IMG/VR virus record: IMGVR_UViG_3300035492_000044
Coordinates: 46,179 to 110,178 of that record
Length of the DNA stretch: 64,000 nt
Direction: 5' to 3' (one strand)
Source of the DNA: a virus
Taxonomy: Duplodnaviria > Heunggongvirae > Uroviricota > Caudoviricetes
Part shown: piece after piece, positions 28,834 to 37,986 of the stretch
Position numbering within the stretch: the first letter of the stretch is position 1
How the letters are laid out: each line of letters opens with the position of its first letter
Position numbers and translations under genes: made by a program
Notes under the pieces: model-generated
Databases searched by the model: none
What the model was told of the DNA's origin: nothing
Seen by the model: only the letters and a program-made list of their open reading frames with translations

Positions 28834-29208
28834 ATGCAGCTTCCTTCAAATCTTCTTGAGATCCAACTTAACTCGTCCTCAGTCCAGACTGCTATTGAAG
28901 TGGTTCTGGACGAGATTATCGGGGCATATGTTCCAGTGAAAGCTAACCTGGAGATAGGGCCAGAAGGTCCCATGATTCAGGTTACCTCGACATCCGAGCT
29001 CAGTACTCCCCGTCCTCGAGTATTTAAGAGCCTCAAGCTCGAGAGTAAGGGTGGCTGCTGGGATGCTGAGAAAGAAGTTTACCGCATCCCGATGATCTAC
29101 GTTTACACCAACATCAACGATGAGTCTGGTGAGATCCCGATTGTCGAAATACGAGTTAACTCTCGCGGGACTTACCACAGTAATTCCAACGATGGGGAGA
29201 TTGTGTAA
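28834..29208 (+). CDS. hypothetical protein
   Basis: ORF. Confidence 0.35.
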   Translation: MQLPSNLLEIQLNSSSVQTAIEVVLDEIIGAYVPVKANLEIGPEGPMIQVTSTSELSTPRPRVFKSLKLESKGGCWDAEKEVYRIPMIYVYTNINDESGEIPIVEIRVNSRGTYHSNSNDGEIV

Positions 29209-29519
29209 TGAGAAAGTGTCTGAAGAATGGCGTCAACCTGCTGGTAGATGGCAAGCTGAGTCGTGGTGACCTCTACCTCGAAAATGGTGCTCTGATGGTT
29301 CGTGGAACTGATCCTATTGTTCACCCTGAGATGCACCACATCGACATGAAGATCCTGGCTCATAAGTCGGAGGAGGAACGTGGCTACGTCAACTTCTATC
29401 CTGACCCATCGGAGCAGATTATCTTCTCCATTCAGTTCTTAAATGAGGTCTGTAAAATCAACCCAGATCTGGATCTCAAGTCTTCCTGTCGTATTTCCGT
29501 CGTCGGAATAATCCACTAA
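29208..29519 (+). CDS. hypothetical protein
   Basis: ORF. Confidence 0.35.
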   Translation: MRKCLKNGVNLLVDGKLSRGDLYLENGALMVRGTDPIVHPEMHHIDMKILAHKSEEERGYVNFYPDPSEQIIFSIQFLNEVCKINPDLDLKSSCRISVVGIIH

Positions 29520-29532
29520 GTAGGACCCTGAA

Positions 29533-29724
29533 ATGATCAAGACGTTGACACTGCAGTGCTCAGGTATTCGGTCTACTGACCGAGGTGTAGTTGTCTCACA
29601 TGATGACTCCTTGGACATTGTAATTCACGGAAAGAATAGTTCTGTCAACTCACTTGTTCTTAGCCTCGAGGACACCATACGTCTTCGGGACTTCCTTAAT
29701 GACCACATAGAGAAGAGAACATAA
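29533..29724 (+). CDS. hypothetical protein
   Basis: ORF. Confidence 0.3.
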   Translation: MIKTLTLQCSGIRSTDRGVVVSHDDSLDIVIHGKNSSVNSLVLSLEDTIRLRDFLNDHIEKRT

Positions 29725-30065
29725 TGGAAGAGTTTAATGGGTATAAGGAAATCGTAACTCAGTTCTGGGGATTCGATGGCCGTTATGCCAGCCAGCTGAT
29801 GTATGCTCTCCCTGATAGGGAATTCCTGGAGAGTCCAGTATTGTTTCTAGATACTGACGAATGCCCTGAGGGCTTTATTGAGGGAAGCCGTCTCCTTAAG
29901 TATATGGGGACTGACATGGTGCGGGTCACTATCCCCATCAACGGCGAAGAGATACCGGCAGTTACTATGACAGCTGACGGCGGATTTATCAGCTTACTGT
30001 TTCTTGCCAAGCACAAAGACAAGATTGAAGCAGAGTTCCCTGGTATAGCGTGGGTGAAGAAGTGA
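29724..30065 (+). CDS. hypothetical protein
   Basis: ORF. Confidence 0.35.
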   Translation: MEEFNGYKEIVTQFWGFDGRYASQLMYALPDREFLESPVLFLDTDECPEGFIEGSRLLKYMGTDMVRVTIPINGEEIPAVTMTADGGFISLLFLAKHKDKIEAEFPGIAWVKK

Positions 30066-30232
30066 TTGAAGACGAGAAAGAGAAAGACTTCCATAAGCTT
30101 TCTGCAGCTAAACGATTCGGTGTACCTGTCGAGAAGGTGACTCCTGAACAGAGGAGGGCAGCTAAGTCTGCCAATTACTTCGATATGTACCACGATCCTG
30201 AATCCTTCAATAAGTTCTTCCAGTCTTTGTAG
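30050..30232 (+). CDS. hypothetical protein
   Basis: ORF, weak. Confidence 0.3.
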   Translation: MGEEVIEDEKEKDFHKLSAAKRFGVPVEKVTPEQRRAAKSANYFDMYHDPESFNKFFQSL

Positions 30233-30246
30233 AAGATAACAATAAA

Positions 30247-30579
30247 ATGACTAAATCCTTTATTGACCGGGTTGAGGACACTAGTATCCTCCAGTACATC
30301 GATCTCTCGTCAGATAACACCGAGTTCCATTGTGACGGAGAAGTTATCTGTCAAGTCGATGGAAATATGGCTTTCCTGACGGATAGCCTAGGTGTCCGCA
30401 TAGGTCGATTCCACCTCCATAATGGTGAAGGTGGATATCGCTGGGTATTCAAACGTGAAGAGTTCCCGGACGATGACTATGGTCGCTCAGTTCGTGATGA
30501 CCTGATCAGCTACGAACGAACTGTAGTCGCGAGACTAGTTGCTGAGAAAGTAATCAAAGTACCTGAGGTGTCTGAGTAA
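30247..30579 (+). CDS. hypothetical protein
   Basis: ORF. Confidence 0.35.
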   Translation: MTKSFIDRVEDTSILQYIDLSSDNTEFHCDGEVICQVDGNMAFLTDSLGVRIGRFHLHNGEGGYRWVFKREEFPDDDYGRSVRDDLISYERTVVARLVAEKVIKVPEVSE

Positions 30580-31112
30580 TGAATAAGCCCTGGATGATTC
30601 AAGTTGATAACGCAATGCAGACTAACTATCAGTACGCGCTTATCATGCCAGTTGGTGATCTAAGTGATCTTCCTAACTTCAAGCCAGAATTAACTCCATT
30701 CCAGATGCTGGAGTATGGAGTATTTGGTGGTAAGTACTTCGGTGATATCCCAGATACTACGGAGTACAACGAAGAGTTCAGGGAGCTTATTCGTCGTAAG
30801 TCGGCAGGGGTAGGTAAGCCCTACGATGTAAATCTCAATTACTTCAAGGTAGATGCAAGTCAGTCTCTGACTGATTGGGTAGCTAGTGGCTGGGTACGTG
30901 AGCAAGATCCTCGTGGATGGTTCGAGTGGTATTGCCGTACCTGGTTCGGTCGCAGAAGTCCCGACGATAATCGGCAGATTGGAAGATGGTCAGCCATTAC
31001 TCGCCATATTGGACAGATTAAGAAGCACTGTGAAATAGGTGACCATAACTGCCGTCCTCGTCAACGTCAAGCTCTACTTCACTGGGCTTATGACACTGTA
31101 GGTAAGTATTAA
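30579..31112 (+). CDS. hypothetical W/R-rich protein
   Basis: 'PRGWFEWYCRTWFGRRSPDDNRQIGRW'; no family recognised. Confidence 0.4.
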   Translation: MNKPWMIQVDNAMQTNYQYALIMPVGDLSDLPNFKPELTPFQMLEYGVFGGKYFGDIPDTTEYNEEFRELIRRKSAGVGKPYDVNLNYFKVDASQSLTDWVASGWVREQDPRGWFEWYCRTWFGRRSPDDNRQIGRWSAITRHIGQIKKHCEIGDHNCRPRQRQALLHWAYDTVGKY

Positions 31113-31543
31113 TGGAAAGAATAGATTCATTCAGAGGAGAGTATGAATTCCTCTCCAATATGTACCCAGTTAAGCTGGTGTACGAAGGGATCGAATATCC
31201 GTCTTCTGAGAATGCCTATCAAGCAGCTAAGTACACGGATGTCAAAGTCAAGATGCATATAGCTACCTTGACACCTAAGGAATCGAAGAAGTATTCACGT
31301 GAGCACCCAATTACTACTCCTAATTGGAATGCTGTTCGTCTCCACACTATGTACCGAATCCTTGAGATTAAGTTCTCTGTCCCTGAGTTGTTATTCAAGC
31401 TCTTGAAGACAGGTAATGCTGAGCTTGTTGAAGGGAACTGGTGGGGAGACATCTACTGGGGTAAAGTAGATGGATGTGGCCATAACTTCATGGGCAAGCT
31501 ATTAACCGGAATACGTGAAGTAAATAAGGACGTGAGGATATAA
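31112..31543 (+). CDS. NADAR (YbiA-like, DUF1768) domain protein
   Basis: 'FRGEYEFLSNMYP', 'SSENAYQAAKY', and the C-terminal 'ELVEGNWWGDIYWG' match the NADAR/YbiA pattern. Confidence 0.75.
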   Translation: MERIDSFRGEYEFLSNMYPVKLVYEGIEYPSSENAYQAAKYTDVKVKMHIATLTPKESKKYSREHPITTPNWNAVRLHTMYRILEIKFSVPELLFKLLKTGNAELVEGNWWGDIYWGKVDGCGHNFMGKLLTGIREVNKDVRI

Positions 31544-31545
31544 CG

Positions 31546-31947
31546 ATGTCTGACAACGAAGTTCAAATGAATCCCTATGAAGTCAAGTTCAAAGACCACT
31601 TCATGGCTGCTACTACCTTGACAAAGCAGATAATTCAGAAGAGTCAGGATACTGAGAACAAGATTATGCAGGCGTGCAGAGATCTTGATTCTCTCGATGC
31701 ATCTCTGAATCTCCTGGAAGATCAGGTAGCTAAGGATGCTATAACAGCCAAGATGGACTCTCTTCGCGAAGACATCAAGTCTTTGAATCGTCTCCTTGAG
31801 ACGTACAAGAGACAAGGTACGGAGAACTCGAATAAGATCCGTATTCTCCAGGAAGTATGCCCTCATACTGAAACTGTATGGGATCACGACAATCCTCATA
31901 CTCGTGAGGACTACTACCGCTGCACTCTGTGTAATTCTGTTAACTAA
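31546..31947 (+). CDS. hypothetical protein with C-terminal zinc ribbon
   Basis: 'CPHTE..CTLCNS' Cys pairs. Confidence 0.4.
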   Translation: MSDNEVQMNPYEVKFKDHFMAATTLTKQIIQKSQDTENKIMQACRDLDSLDASLNLLEDQVAKDAITAKMDSLREDIKSLNRLLETYKRQGTENSNKIRILQEVCPHTETVWDHDNPHTREDYYRCTLCNSVN

Positions 31948-32111
31948 TAAGGAACTTCTGTGGACACTTACGAATTCAATGTACTGATGAAGAACGGCAC
32001 TCAGGACAAGGTACGTGCTACCGGTCATGACTATAAGTCGGCTCACCAGACTGCAAAGAATAGTAATAAGAAGATCGTGAAGATTATCTCCGGTCGCAAG
32101 ATGTAAGTATA

Positions 32112-32146
32112 GTCGGGAGTGGGAAACTGCTCCCGACTATTATTTT
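32112..32146 (+). terminator. rho-independent terminator (GTCGGGAG..CTCCCGAC + TATTATTTT)
   Basis: Hairpin + T-run. Confidence 0.65.
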
Positions 32147-32253
32147 GATATTCACTGAAAAATATTTTCAAATACAGGGGCGCTTACAGACTCCAAAAGC
32201 CAGTTAAAGTGGAAGGGCCGGTTGGCCGCAACTAAATAAACTGGAGCTAAATC

Positions 32254-32718
32254 ATGGGTAACTTCTCTTACATCTCCCAGAACCGTAATGAAGCAGTAAC
32301 CAATCCGTGGCATAACGAGACTCTCTGCGAAATCCAATACGTGAAGGATGGCGTAGTTCGGGAGACCTTCCGCGGTATTTACGATGGTTACGGCTGCGTT
32401 AAGCTGGATCGTCAGTTCAAGCACATGGTCTGGAGCGGTGAGGTGAACTGCCTGGTTGACGTTACTGAGAATACCAGGTTCTCCTACGAGCAGAAGGAAT
32501 TCGCATGCTCCGGTAGTGCTTGGCAGTATGAGACTACCGAAAACTCCGATGGTTGGGGTGAAATGGTTGATGTCCACTTCGGTAATGGAACTGACGGTTT
32601 CGCTATCTGGCACCTGCGTGACATGAACGAGCTGGTGCCGATGGCTACCCAACGTAGTAAGAACGACCCTAATCAGGGTGACCTCTTCGACGATGAAGAA
32701 GACGACGAAGAATACTAA
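32254..32718 (+). CDS. hypothetical protein with acidic C-terminal tail
   Basis: Preceded by class-A motif 32177; ends 'DDEEDDEEY'. Confidence 0.45.
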   Translation: MGNFSYISQNRNEAVTNPWHNETLCEIQYVKDGVVRETFRGIYDGYGCVKLDRQFKHMVWSGEVNCLVDVTENTRFSYEQKEFACSGSAWQYETTENSDGWGEMVDVHFGNGTDGFAIWHLRDMNELVPMATQRSKNDPNQGDLFDDEEDDEEY

Positions 32719-32764
32719 TTTAAATAGGGGCTCTTAATTGAGCCCCTTATCTGGAGAAAAGAAG

Positions 32765-33022
32765 ATGATCGTTGAATACACTATCCGCCAAGTAAATCCG
32801 GAAATGCCGGTTAGTACCGTAACCGTTACTCGAGTTGACGGTAAGGTAGCTAGTATGGAAATCCCGGTAGCTGCTAGCAAGATCCTGAAGTGGTTCGGTA
32901 CTCCGAAGACTGTACGTCCCTTTGCACAGGATTACTTCCAGGAGCTCAATGCCAGTCAACGGGAATTCCTTATCAGTGGAATTACTCCTGAAGAATGGGA
33001 TGAAATGTTCAAGGAGATGTGA
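32765..33022 (+). CDS. hypothetical protein
   Basis: ORF; start at the ATG after RBS 'ggagaaaagaag'. Confidence 0.35.
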   Translation: MIVEYTIRQVNPEMPVSTVTVTRVDGKVASMEIPVAASKILKWFGTPKTVRPFAQDYFQELNASQREFLISGITPEEWDEMFKEM

Positions 33023-33135
33023 AACTCCAAACGACGTTTATGTCCTGCGAAAACCTGTTAGGGTGGCGGGTGGGTCCAGTACTCCCGCTTACTGTACTTA
33101 CTCAGAGACTACTTAGGAAGAGAGGAAAGAAGAGT

Positions 33136-33327
33136 ATGAATAGTGACACTAAGAATAAGAAGAGGTACACTGGTGCAGTACTGCTGGTGATCATTGTAGT
33201 CCTATACGGAATTACTGGGAATATGTCCTACGATGACGCTAAGGATAGTGTGTCTACCTATTGCTCAATGGTAGAGCAAGGGACATGGCCTGATTATAAC
33301 GAGAACTATAATCAGGTGTGTAAGTAG
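33136..33327 (+). CDS. small membrane protein
   Basis: TM helix 'AVLLVIIVVLYGI'; RBS 'aggaaagaagag'; class-B motif 33032 upstream. Confidence 0.4.
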   Translation: MNSDTKNKKRYTGAVLLVIIVVLYGITGNMSYDDAKDSVSTYCSMVEQGTWPDYNENYNQVCK

Positions 33328-33335
33328 GGAGTAGA

Positions 33336-33364
33336 TGGGGCCATCAAGGCCCCACTATATTTTT
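33336..33364 (+). terminator. rho-independent terminator (TGGGGCC..GGCCCCA + CTATATTTTT)
   Basis: Hairpin + T-run. Confidence 0.65.
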
Positions 33365-33384
33365 GACAATACCTGGAGATTAGC

Positions 33385-33636
33385 ATGGCGGTAATTCAGG
33401 GTATACTTTACTGGGATTTATTCAATCCCTCGTCAAGACCAAGTAGTCAGAAACTACGTGACGTACTTAAGAAGATGGGCTTCTCTGAAAGAGATATGCC
33501 TGGGGATCTACATTCCCTTATTGAATGGACCCAGACTAAAGTCCATCTGTTCATGGGGAGATATTTAGCATGTCCTCCTGAGGACTTCTTCCAGACAACG
33601 ATAGTACTTCCTACCGGAATTAGGGTAATAGCATAA
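33385..33636 (+). CDS. hypothetical protein
   Basis: ORF after terminator 33336. Confidence 0.35.
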   Translation: MAVIQGILYWDLFNPSSRPSSQKLRDVLKKMGFSERDMPGDLHSLIEWTQTKVHLFMGRYLACPPEDFFQTTIVLPTGIRVIA

Positions 33637-33998
33637 TGAAGCGTAAATACATCGAGCCTCCATATCCGGCCAAGATAAGCGACATAGTAAGGTTCTATGC
33701 TCAACTTCAGGCAGAGCATGGTGACATAGTTGTTCATCAAGATGCAGGTCATAATAATATCGAGACCTACATCAACGAGGAAGATAACTGGATCATCCAA
33801 GTACGCGACAAGTCTGCGAAGAGAAACGCTACTAAAGAGTATATCTTTAGTGTAAGAGCTTCAGTTGATTCTCTGGAAGTAGAGACTACCTTTGCTAAGG
33901 AGTCTGCTGAACAGTTTACAGATAGTAAAGTCGAAGTACTCCGGAAGCTAGCAGCACTGCTGGGGTATGACAAGATTATTGAGGCAATAAAGCTGTGA
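33636..33998 (+). CDS. hypothetical protein
   Basis: ORF. Confidence 0.35.
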   Translation: MKRKYIEPPYPAKISDIVRFYAQLQAEHGDIVVHQDAGHNNIETYINEEDNWIIQVRDKSAKRNATKEYIFSVRASVDSLEVETTFAKESAEQFTDSKVEVLRKLAALLGYDKIIEAIKL

Positions 33999-34243
33999 GG
34001 AAGTTAGTTATGAAGATCGATGACAATAGTCTCCCACGGTTCGCGGCTGATAAAGTAGCCGTTCAGCTGAGTAAGGGAGTTCAGAAAGGTTACTCCAGAT
34101 CTAGCTGGACTGACCCAGACCGTTGTGATACTGAACATCTCCACAGAATGGCAGAGCAGAAGTTAGCTGAGAAGGATTACGATTCGGCTATGACTTACTG
34201 TGCCATGCTCTCTGCCAGAGAACGTAATAAGGAAGCTAGCTAA
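33995..34243 (+). CDS. hypothetical protein
   Basis: ORF. Confidence 0.3.
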   Translation: MRKLVMKIDDNSLPRFAADKVAVQLSKGVQKGYSRSSWTDPDRCDTEHLHRMAEQKLAEKDYDSAMTYCAMLSARERNKEAS

Positions 34244-34470
34244 TGACTCTCGAAGAAGCTAAAGTATATAAGGCTTCACTCAAGCCTGAAGGCATGGATG
34301 AAATCTACGCTGAGATCAAGAAGAGCATAGACAAGAATCATTCATACACCACGTACTACAATCTTGATCATCTCCAGATACTTAAACTGGAGCAAGATGG
34401 CTATGAGGTCGTTAATCAGGGGAAGAATCAGATGGATCAGAACACTATGTTCAGAATCTCTGGTTGGTAA
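34243..34470 (+). CDS. hypothetical protein
   Basis: ORF. Confidence 0.3.
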   Translation: MTLEEAKVYKASLKPEGMDEIYAEIKKSIDKNHSYTTYYNLDHLQILKLEQDGYEVVNQGKNQMDQNTMFRISGW

Positions 34471-34556
34471 CTCCAAACGACGTTCAGATAAGTCGAAACC
34501 CTGTTAGTGTGTAAGTCCCGAAACTCTGTTCTCAACTAAATAAAGGAAATAGCTTC

Positions 34557-35885
34557 ATGCTCGTATCTATCGCTATTGGCGTAGTTATCGCTCTGCTGGC
34601 TCTGGCAGTTATCGTTGCATTCATGTTCCGTCGTGTAGTACCGACTAACATGGTGCATATCGTGCAGTCCTCCAAGAAGACTACGGCCTATGGTCGGGGT
34701 AAAGATGACGGCAACACCTACTATGAATGGCCGAGCTTCCTGCCATTCATCGGTGTCAATGTCACTACCTTCCCTGAGTCGATCTTCCAGGTGAACCTGT
34801 CCGACTATGAAGCCTATGATTCGGCACGTCTGCCATTCATGGTTGATGTTGGTGCATTCTTCCGTGTCGATGACGCTAGCACTGCAGCTCAGCGTGTATC
34901 CTCCTTCGGTGAACTGCAACAGCAACTGGTATCGGTACTGCAGGGTGCAGTTCGTCGTATCCTGGCTACTAACTCTCTGGAAGAGATTATGCAGGAGCGT
35001 AGCAGCTTCGGCGTACAATTCACCAATGAGGTGAAGGATCAAATCAAAGAGTGGGGTGTTCTGCCTGTCAAGACTATCGAGTTCATGGACATCCGTGACT
35101 CCAAGGGTTCTCAGGTGATTCAGAACATCATGGCTAAGGAGAAGTCTCGTATCGAGATGGAATCCCGTGTCCAGGTAGCTGAGAACATGCAGAATGCTCA
35201 GCTGAAAGAGATCGATGCTCAGCGTACTGTTGACGTTCAGCAACAGGATGCACTGCAGCAGGTAGGTATCCGTACTGCTGAGAAAGACAAGATCGTTGGT
35301 ATTGCTAAAGAGCAATCTCAGCAGGAGATCAAGGCTCAGGCCAAGATTACCACTGAGCGTTCGATGGAAGTTACCAAGGTCGAACAAGTCCGTCATGCAG
35401 AAATCGCACGTGATGTGGCTGTAGTTCATGCTGAACAGCAGGCCAAGGTAGCTGTAGTGGCAGCTGATGCTGACAAGCAGACTACCATCGTCCGTGCTGA
35501 CGGTCAGCTGGAAGCTGCTAAGCGTGAAGCTGAGGGTATCAAGGTCAATGGTCTGGCAGCAGCTGAAGCTGAGAAGGCCATGCTCATGGCACCGGTCGAT
35601 ACCCAGATTACTCTGGCGAAAGAGATCGGTGAGAATCAGGGTTATCAGCAGTACCTGATCACCATCGAGCAAGTCAAGGCCAATCAGTTCGTAGGTATCG
35701 AGATGGCGAAAGCTCTCGGCCAGTCGGATCTGAAGATCATCGCCAACTCCGGCGATATCGGTGGTGGTGTGAAGAACTTGGTAGATCTGCTGTCTCCTCA
35801 GGGCGGTACTGCTATTGGCGGTATGCTGGAAGCTCTGAAGAACACTGATGCTGGTAAGGCTCTGCTGTCGAAAGTCGGTCAGTAA
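34557..35885 (+). CDS. SPFH/Band-7 (flotillin/YqiK-like) membrane protein
   Basis: N-terminal TM 'IAIGVVIALLALAVIVAF', PHB domain, long Q/A/E-rich coiled-coil, Gly-rich C-terminus. Confidence 0.75.
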   Translation: MLVSIAIGVVIALLALAVIVAFMFRRVVPTNMVHIVQSSKKTTAYGRGKDDGNTYYEWPSFLPFIGVNVTTFPESIFQVNLSDYEAYDSARLPFMVDVGAFFRVDDASTAAQRVSSFGELQQQLVSVLQGAVRRILATNSLEEIMQERSSFGVQFTNEVKDQIKEWGVLPVKTIEFMDIRDSKGSQVIQNIMAKEKSRIEMESRVQVAENMQNAQLKEIDAQRTVDVQQQDALQQVGIRTAEKDKIVGIAKEQSQQEIKAQAKITTERSMEVTKVEQVRHAEIARDVAVVHAEQQAKVAVVAADADKQTTIVRADGQLEAAKREAEGIKVNGLAAAEAEKAMLMAPVDTQITLAKEIGENQGYQQYLITIEQVKANQFVGIEMAKALGQSDLKIIANSGDIGGGVKNLVDLLSPQGGTAIGGMLEALKNTDAGKALLSKVGQ

Positions 35886-35895
35886 GACTCCAGAA

Positions 35896-35934
35896 CGACG
35901 TTTTCATAAGTCGAAAACCTGTTAGGTTGGAAGT
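35896..35934 (+). promoter_or_regulatory. Class-B motif copy at the entrance of the tRNA island
   Basis: 'CGACGTTTTCATAAGTCGAAAACCTGTTAGGTTGGAAG'; further copies at 36155 and 36319 precede tRNAs. Confidence 0.6.
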
Positions 35935-36059
35935 GGGAATAACTGGTGCTATCAGTCTGGCAGATTAGTTCGCAACTAATTGTCAATTCACTAGTGAGAA
36001 CGAAAACGAGATCCTCAGGATAAACGTCTTCTCAAGTCAAGACTGAATTCCCACGATTT

Positions 36060-36144
36060 CCGGGTATGGTGAAATCGGTAGACACAAGAGCCTTAAACCC
36101 TCTGGACTATTGTCATGCCAGTTCGAGTCTGGCTACCCGGACCA
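36060..36144 (+). tRNA. tRNA-Leu (anticodon TAA), type II
   Basis: Acceptor CCGGGTA/TACCCGG, long variable arm, T-arm GCCAG-TTCGAGT-CTGGC, encoded CCA. Confidence 0.75.
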
Positions 36145-36359
36145 TATTTCTAAACGACGTTTTACTACGTCGAAACCCTGTTAGGGTGGAAGACGAGTGT
36201 ATTTGAGAAGGCTGGCCAGAATAGCTTCTGGTAGGGTGAACTCTCTGGAGACCGATGACGCCATGCTTCGGTAGCGCATGAAGATGATCCGTCAGTCCTT
36301 CTCCAATACAATCTAGACCGACGTCCAAATAAATCGAAACCCTGTTAGGTTGGAAGTGC

Positions 36360-36438
36360 GATTAAAAGGACCCTAGGCTAACCTCAGTAGGTCTCCCCCA
36401 GATGCTGAAGCTGGATGTCCTAGGATCCTTTTAATCTC
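36360..36438 (+). repeat. Long imperfect inverted repeat (~17 bp arms, ATTAAAAGGACCCTAGG / CCTAGGATCCTTTTAAT) forming an ~80 nt stem-loop
   Basis: Lies directly between class-B motif 36319 and tRNA-Arg. Confidence 0.5.
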
Positions 36439-36443
36439 ATTTC

Positions 36444-36520
36444 GCGTCCATAGCTCATCTGGATAGAGCAGGGGATTTCTAATCCCCTGGTGGTAGGTTC
36501 GAGTCCTACTGGACGCGCCA
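36444..36520 (+). tRNA. tRNA-Arg (anticodon TCT)
   Basis: Acceptor GCGTCCA/TGGACGC, anticodon loop TTTCTAA in stem GGGGA/TCCCC, GGTTCGAGTCC T-arm, CCA. Confidence 0.8.
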
Positions 36521-36969
36521 TATACCCGGCACTTACTGATGTCGTAGCTCGATAAACTCTAGTATCATTAGTTAGGATCGAAACCTCTACTAATGCTCTA
36601 TTAGATAAGGTTGGGTCAGTGGAGCAGTAGCCCTTACGTGGAGTGGGTATGTGTCAGAAGAGGCACTCCGCTCGATAACTGTCACGTGTGAATAATGAAT
36701 ACTATGCAGCTAGTTTTATTATTCTGGGTTTAGATGTCATGCTGCTACTCATGCATTATTTCTCCTGTTGGAGAGTGCAGGCGGAGAGGAGGCATCCTCG
36801 TAGAAGCCGAGTAGAGTCGACCACGGTCTAGCGGTGGAGGCAGTGCCCGTACTGTCATTTAGAATGATATCCTTCGGCTGTAAGGATGACGGGTAATAGA
36901 GCAAGCGGTGAGTACTAACTGCCTGCAGGACTTTGATGTGGTGTCAGAGTCCTGTGGAGTAAGTATTCT

Positions 36970-37046
36970 GCGGAATTAGCTCAGTTGGATAGAGCATCTG
37001 CCTTCCAAGCAGAGGGTCACGAGTTCGAGTCTCGTATTCCGCTCCA
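36970..37046 (+). tRNA. tRNA-Gly (anticodon TCC)
   Basis: Acceptor GCGGAAT/ATTCCGC, loop CTTCCAA, U73, CCA. Confidence 0.8.
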
Positions 37047-37050
37047 TTAT

Positions 37051-37127
37051 TGGGGTATAGCACAGTTGGTAGTTGCGTCTGACTGTTAATCAGAATGTCG
37101 TAGGTTCGAGCCCTACTACCCCAGCCA
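37051..37127 (+). tRNA. tRNA-Asn (anticodon GTT)
   Basis: Acceptor TGGGGTA/TACCCCA, loop CTGTTAA, GGTTCGAGCCC T-arm, CCA. Confidence 0.7.
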
Positions 37128-37371
37128 AATTTGGTGTTACTCCCGATCGAAAGATACTGAAACATGAAATCGTCTCCGCACGATGTAGGCCTTACGAGGT
37201 CATGATCAGCCAAGAGATGACAGGTCCGAGTAGATTAGTAGCACCGTCTTAATCACGCAGAGGCGGACTGCATCGAGAGCCATTAGAAAAGTGTAACTCC
37301 ACGAGAACCTCAGACTCTGGACTACATGACCGGCACTAGCTTCACTCGATCTAATAATTAAACGCAACCAT

Positions 37372-37456
37372 GCGGATGTGGTGAAATTGGTAGACACACC
37401 TGGTTTAGGTCCAGACGCCTACGGGCGTGAGAGTTCGAATCTCTCCATCCGCACCA
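37372..37456 (+). tRNA. tRNA-Leu (anticodon TAG), type II
   Basis: Acceptor GCGGATG/CATCCGC, long variable arm, loop TTTAGGT, CCA. Confidence 0.65.
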
Positions 37457-37711
37457 TATTCGAGACCCCACTAGTCAGCCGAAGTACTGGTGGAGATTAG
37501 TGTCATGAGCTAGTCTGCCCAGGTCTCGAATCAAAACAGGAGAGTCCTTAGATGGTGCTATCTAGCCAGTTGCATTCGTAGTCTACCCGTCGGCTACATT
37601 GAATGCCTAAGTGACTCTCCGCCTATTATGGGGTATGCCTCGTCTAAAGCATTGGGATCTGTGATGATACCAGGGTGGGTAACTACGTAGTCCCACATAC
37701 TCCACCAGTTT

Positions 37712-37787
37712 GCCGGTATAGCTCAGCTGGTAGAGCAGCTGACTTGTAATCAGCAGGTCGTGAGTTCGAATCCCACTGCCGGCACCA
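37712..37787 (+). tRNA. tRNA-Thr (anticodon TGT)
   Basis: Acceptor GCCGGTA/TGCCGGC, stem GCTGA/TCAGC with loop CTTGTAA, CCA. Confidence 0.8.
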
Positions 37788-37799
37788 TATTGTGGTTAC

Positions 37800-37916
37800 T
37801 GGTTCCTATCATTATGTGGTTGGAAGCAAAAAGTCTAGTAATCACAACCTAATTGCTGTAATCCCTCTTGAAGTGAAACATGATGGACGGGAGTTCGACT
37901 CTCCCCAGCTCCACCA
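37800..37916 (+). ncRNA. ssrA: tmRNA acceptor piece (3' half of a permuted ssrA): T-arm + 3' acceptor strand + CCA
   Basis: 'GGACGGGAGTTCGACTCTCCCCAGCTCCACCA' ends 37916 and closely matches the E. coli tmRNA 3' end '..GGGTTCAACTCCC.CCAGCTCCACCA'. No matching 5' acceptor strand upstream. Left boundary is approximate. Confidence 0.65.
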
Positions 37917-37986
37917 TAGTTACCCTGGTAGTGACAGCCTTTGAGTGCGGTCTTAATCTACCATGGCTATCAGAGTAACTATGATG

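Noticed and set aside
34536-35672. 378 aa antisense ORF opposite the flotillin-like gene
   Set aside because: Low-complexity, Leu/Ser/Cys-rich translation with no motifs; mirrors the A/Q/E-rich coding strand; all supported genes are on + strand.
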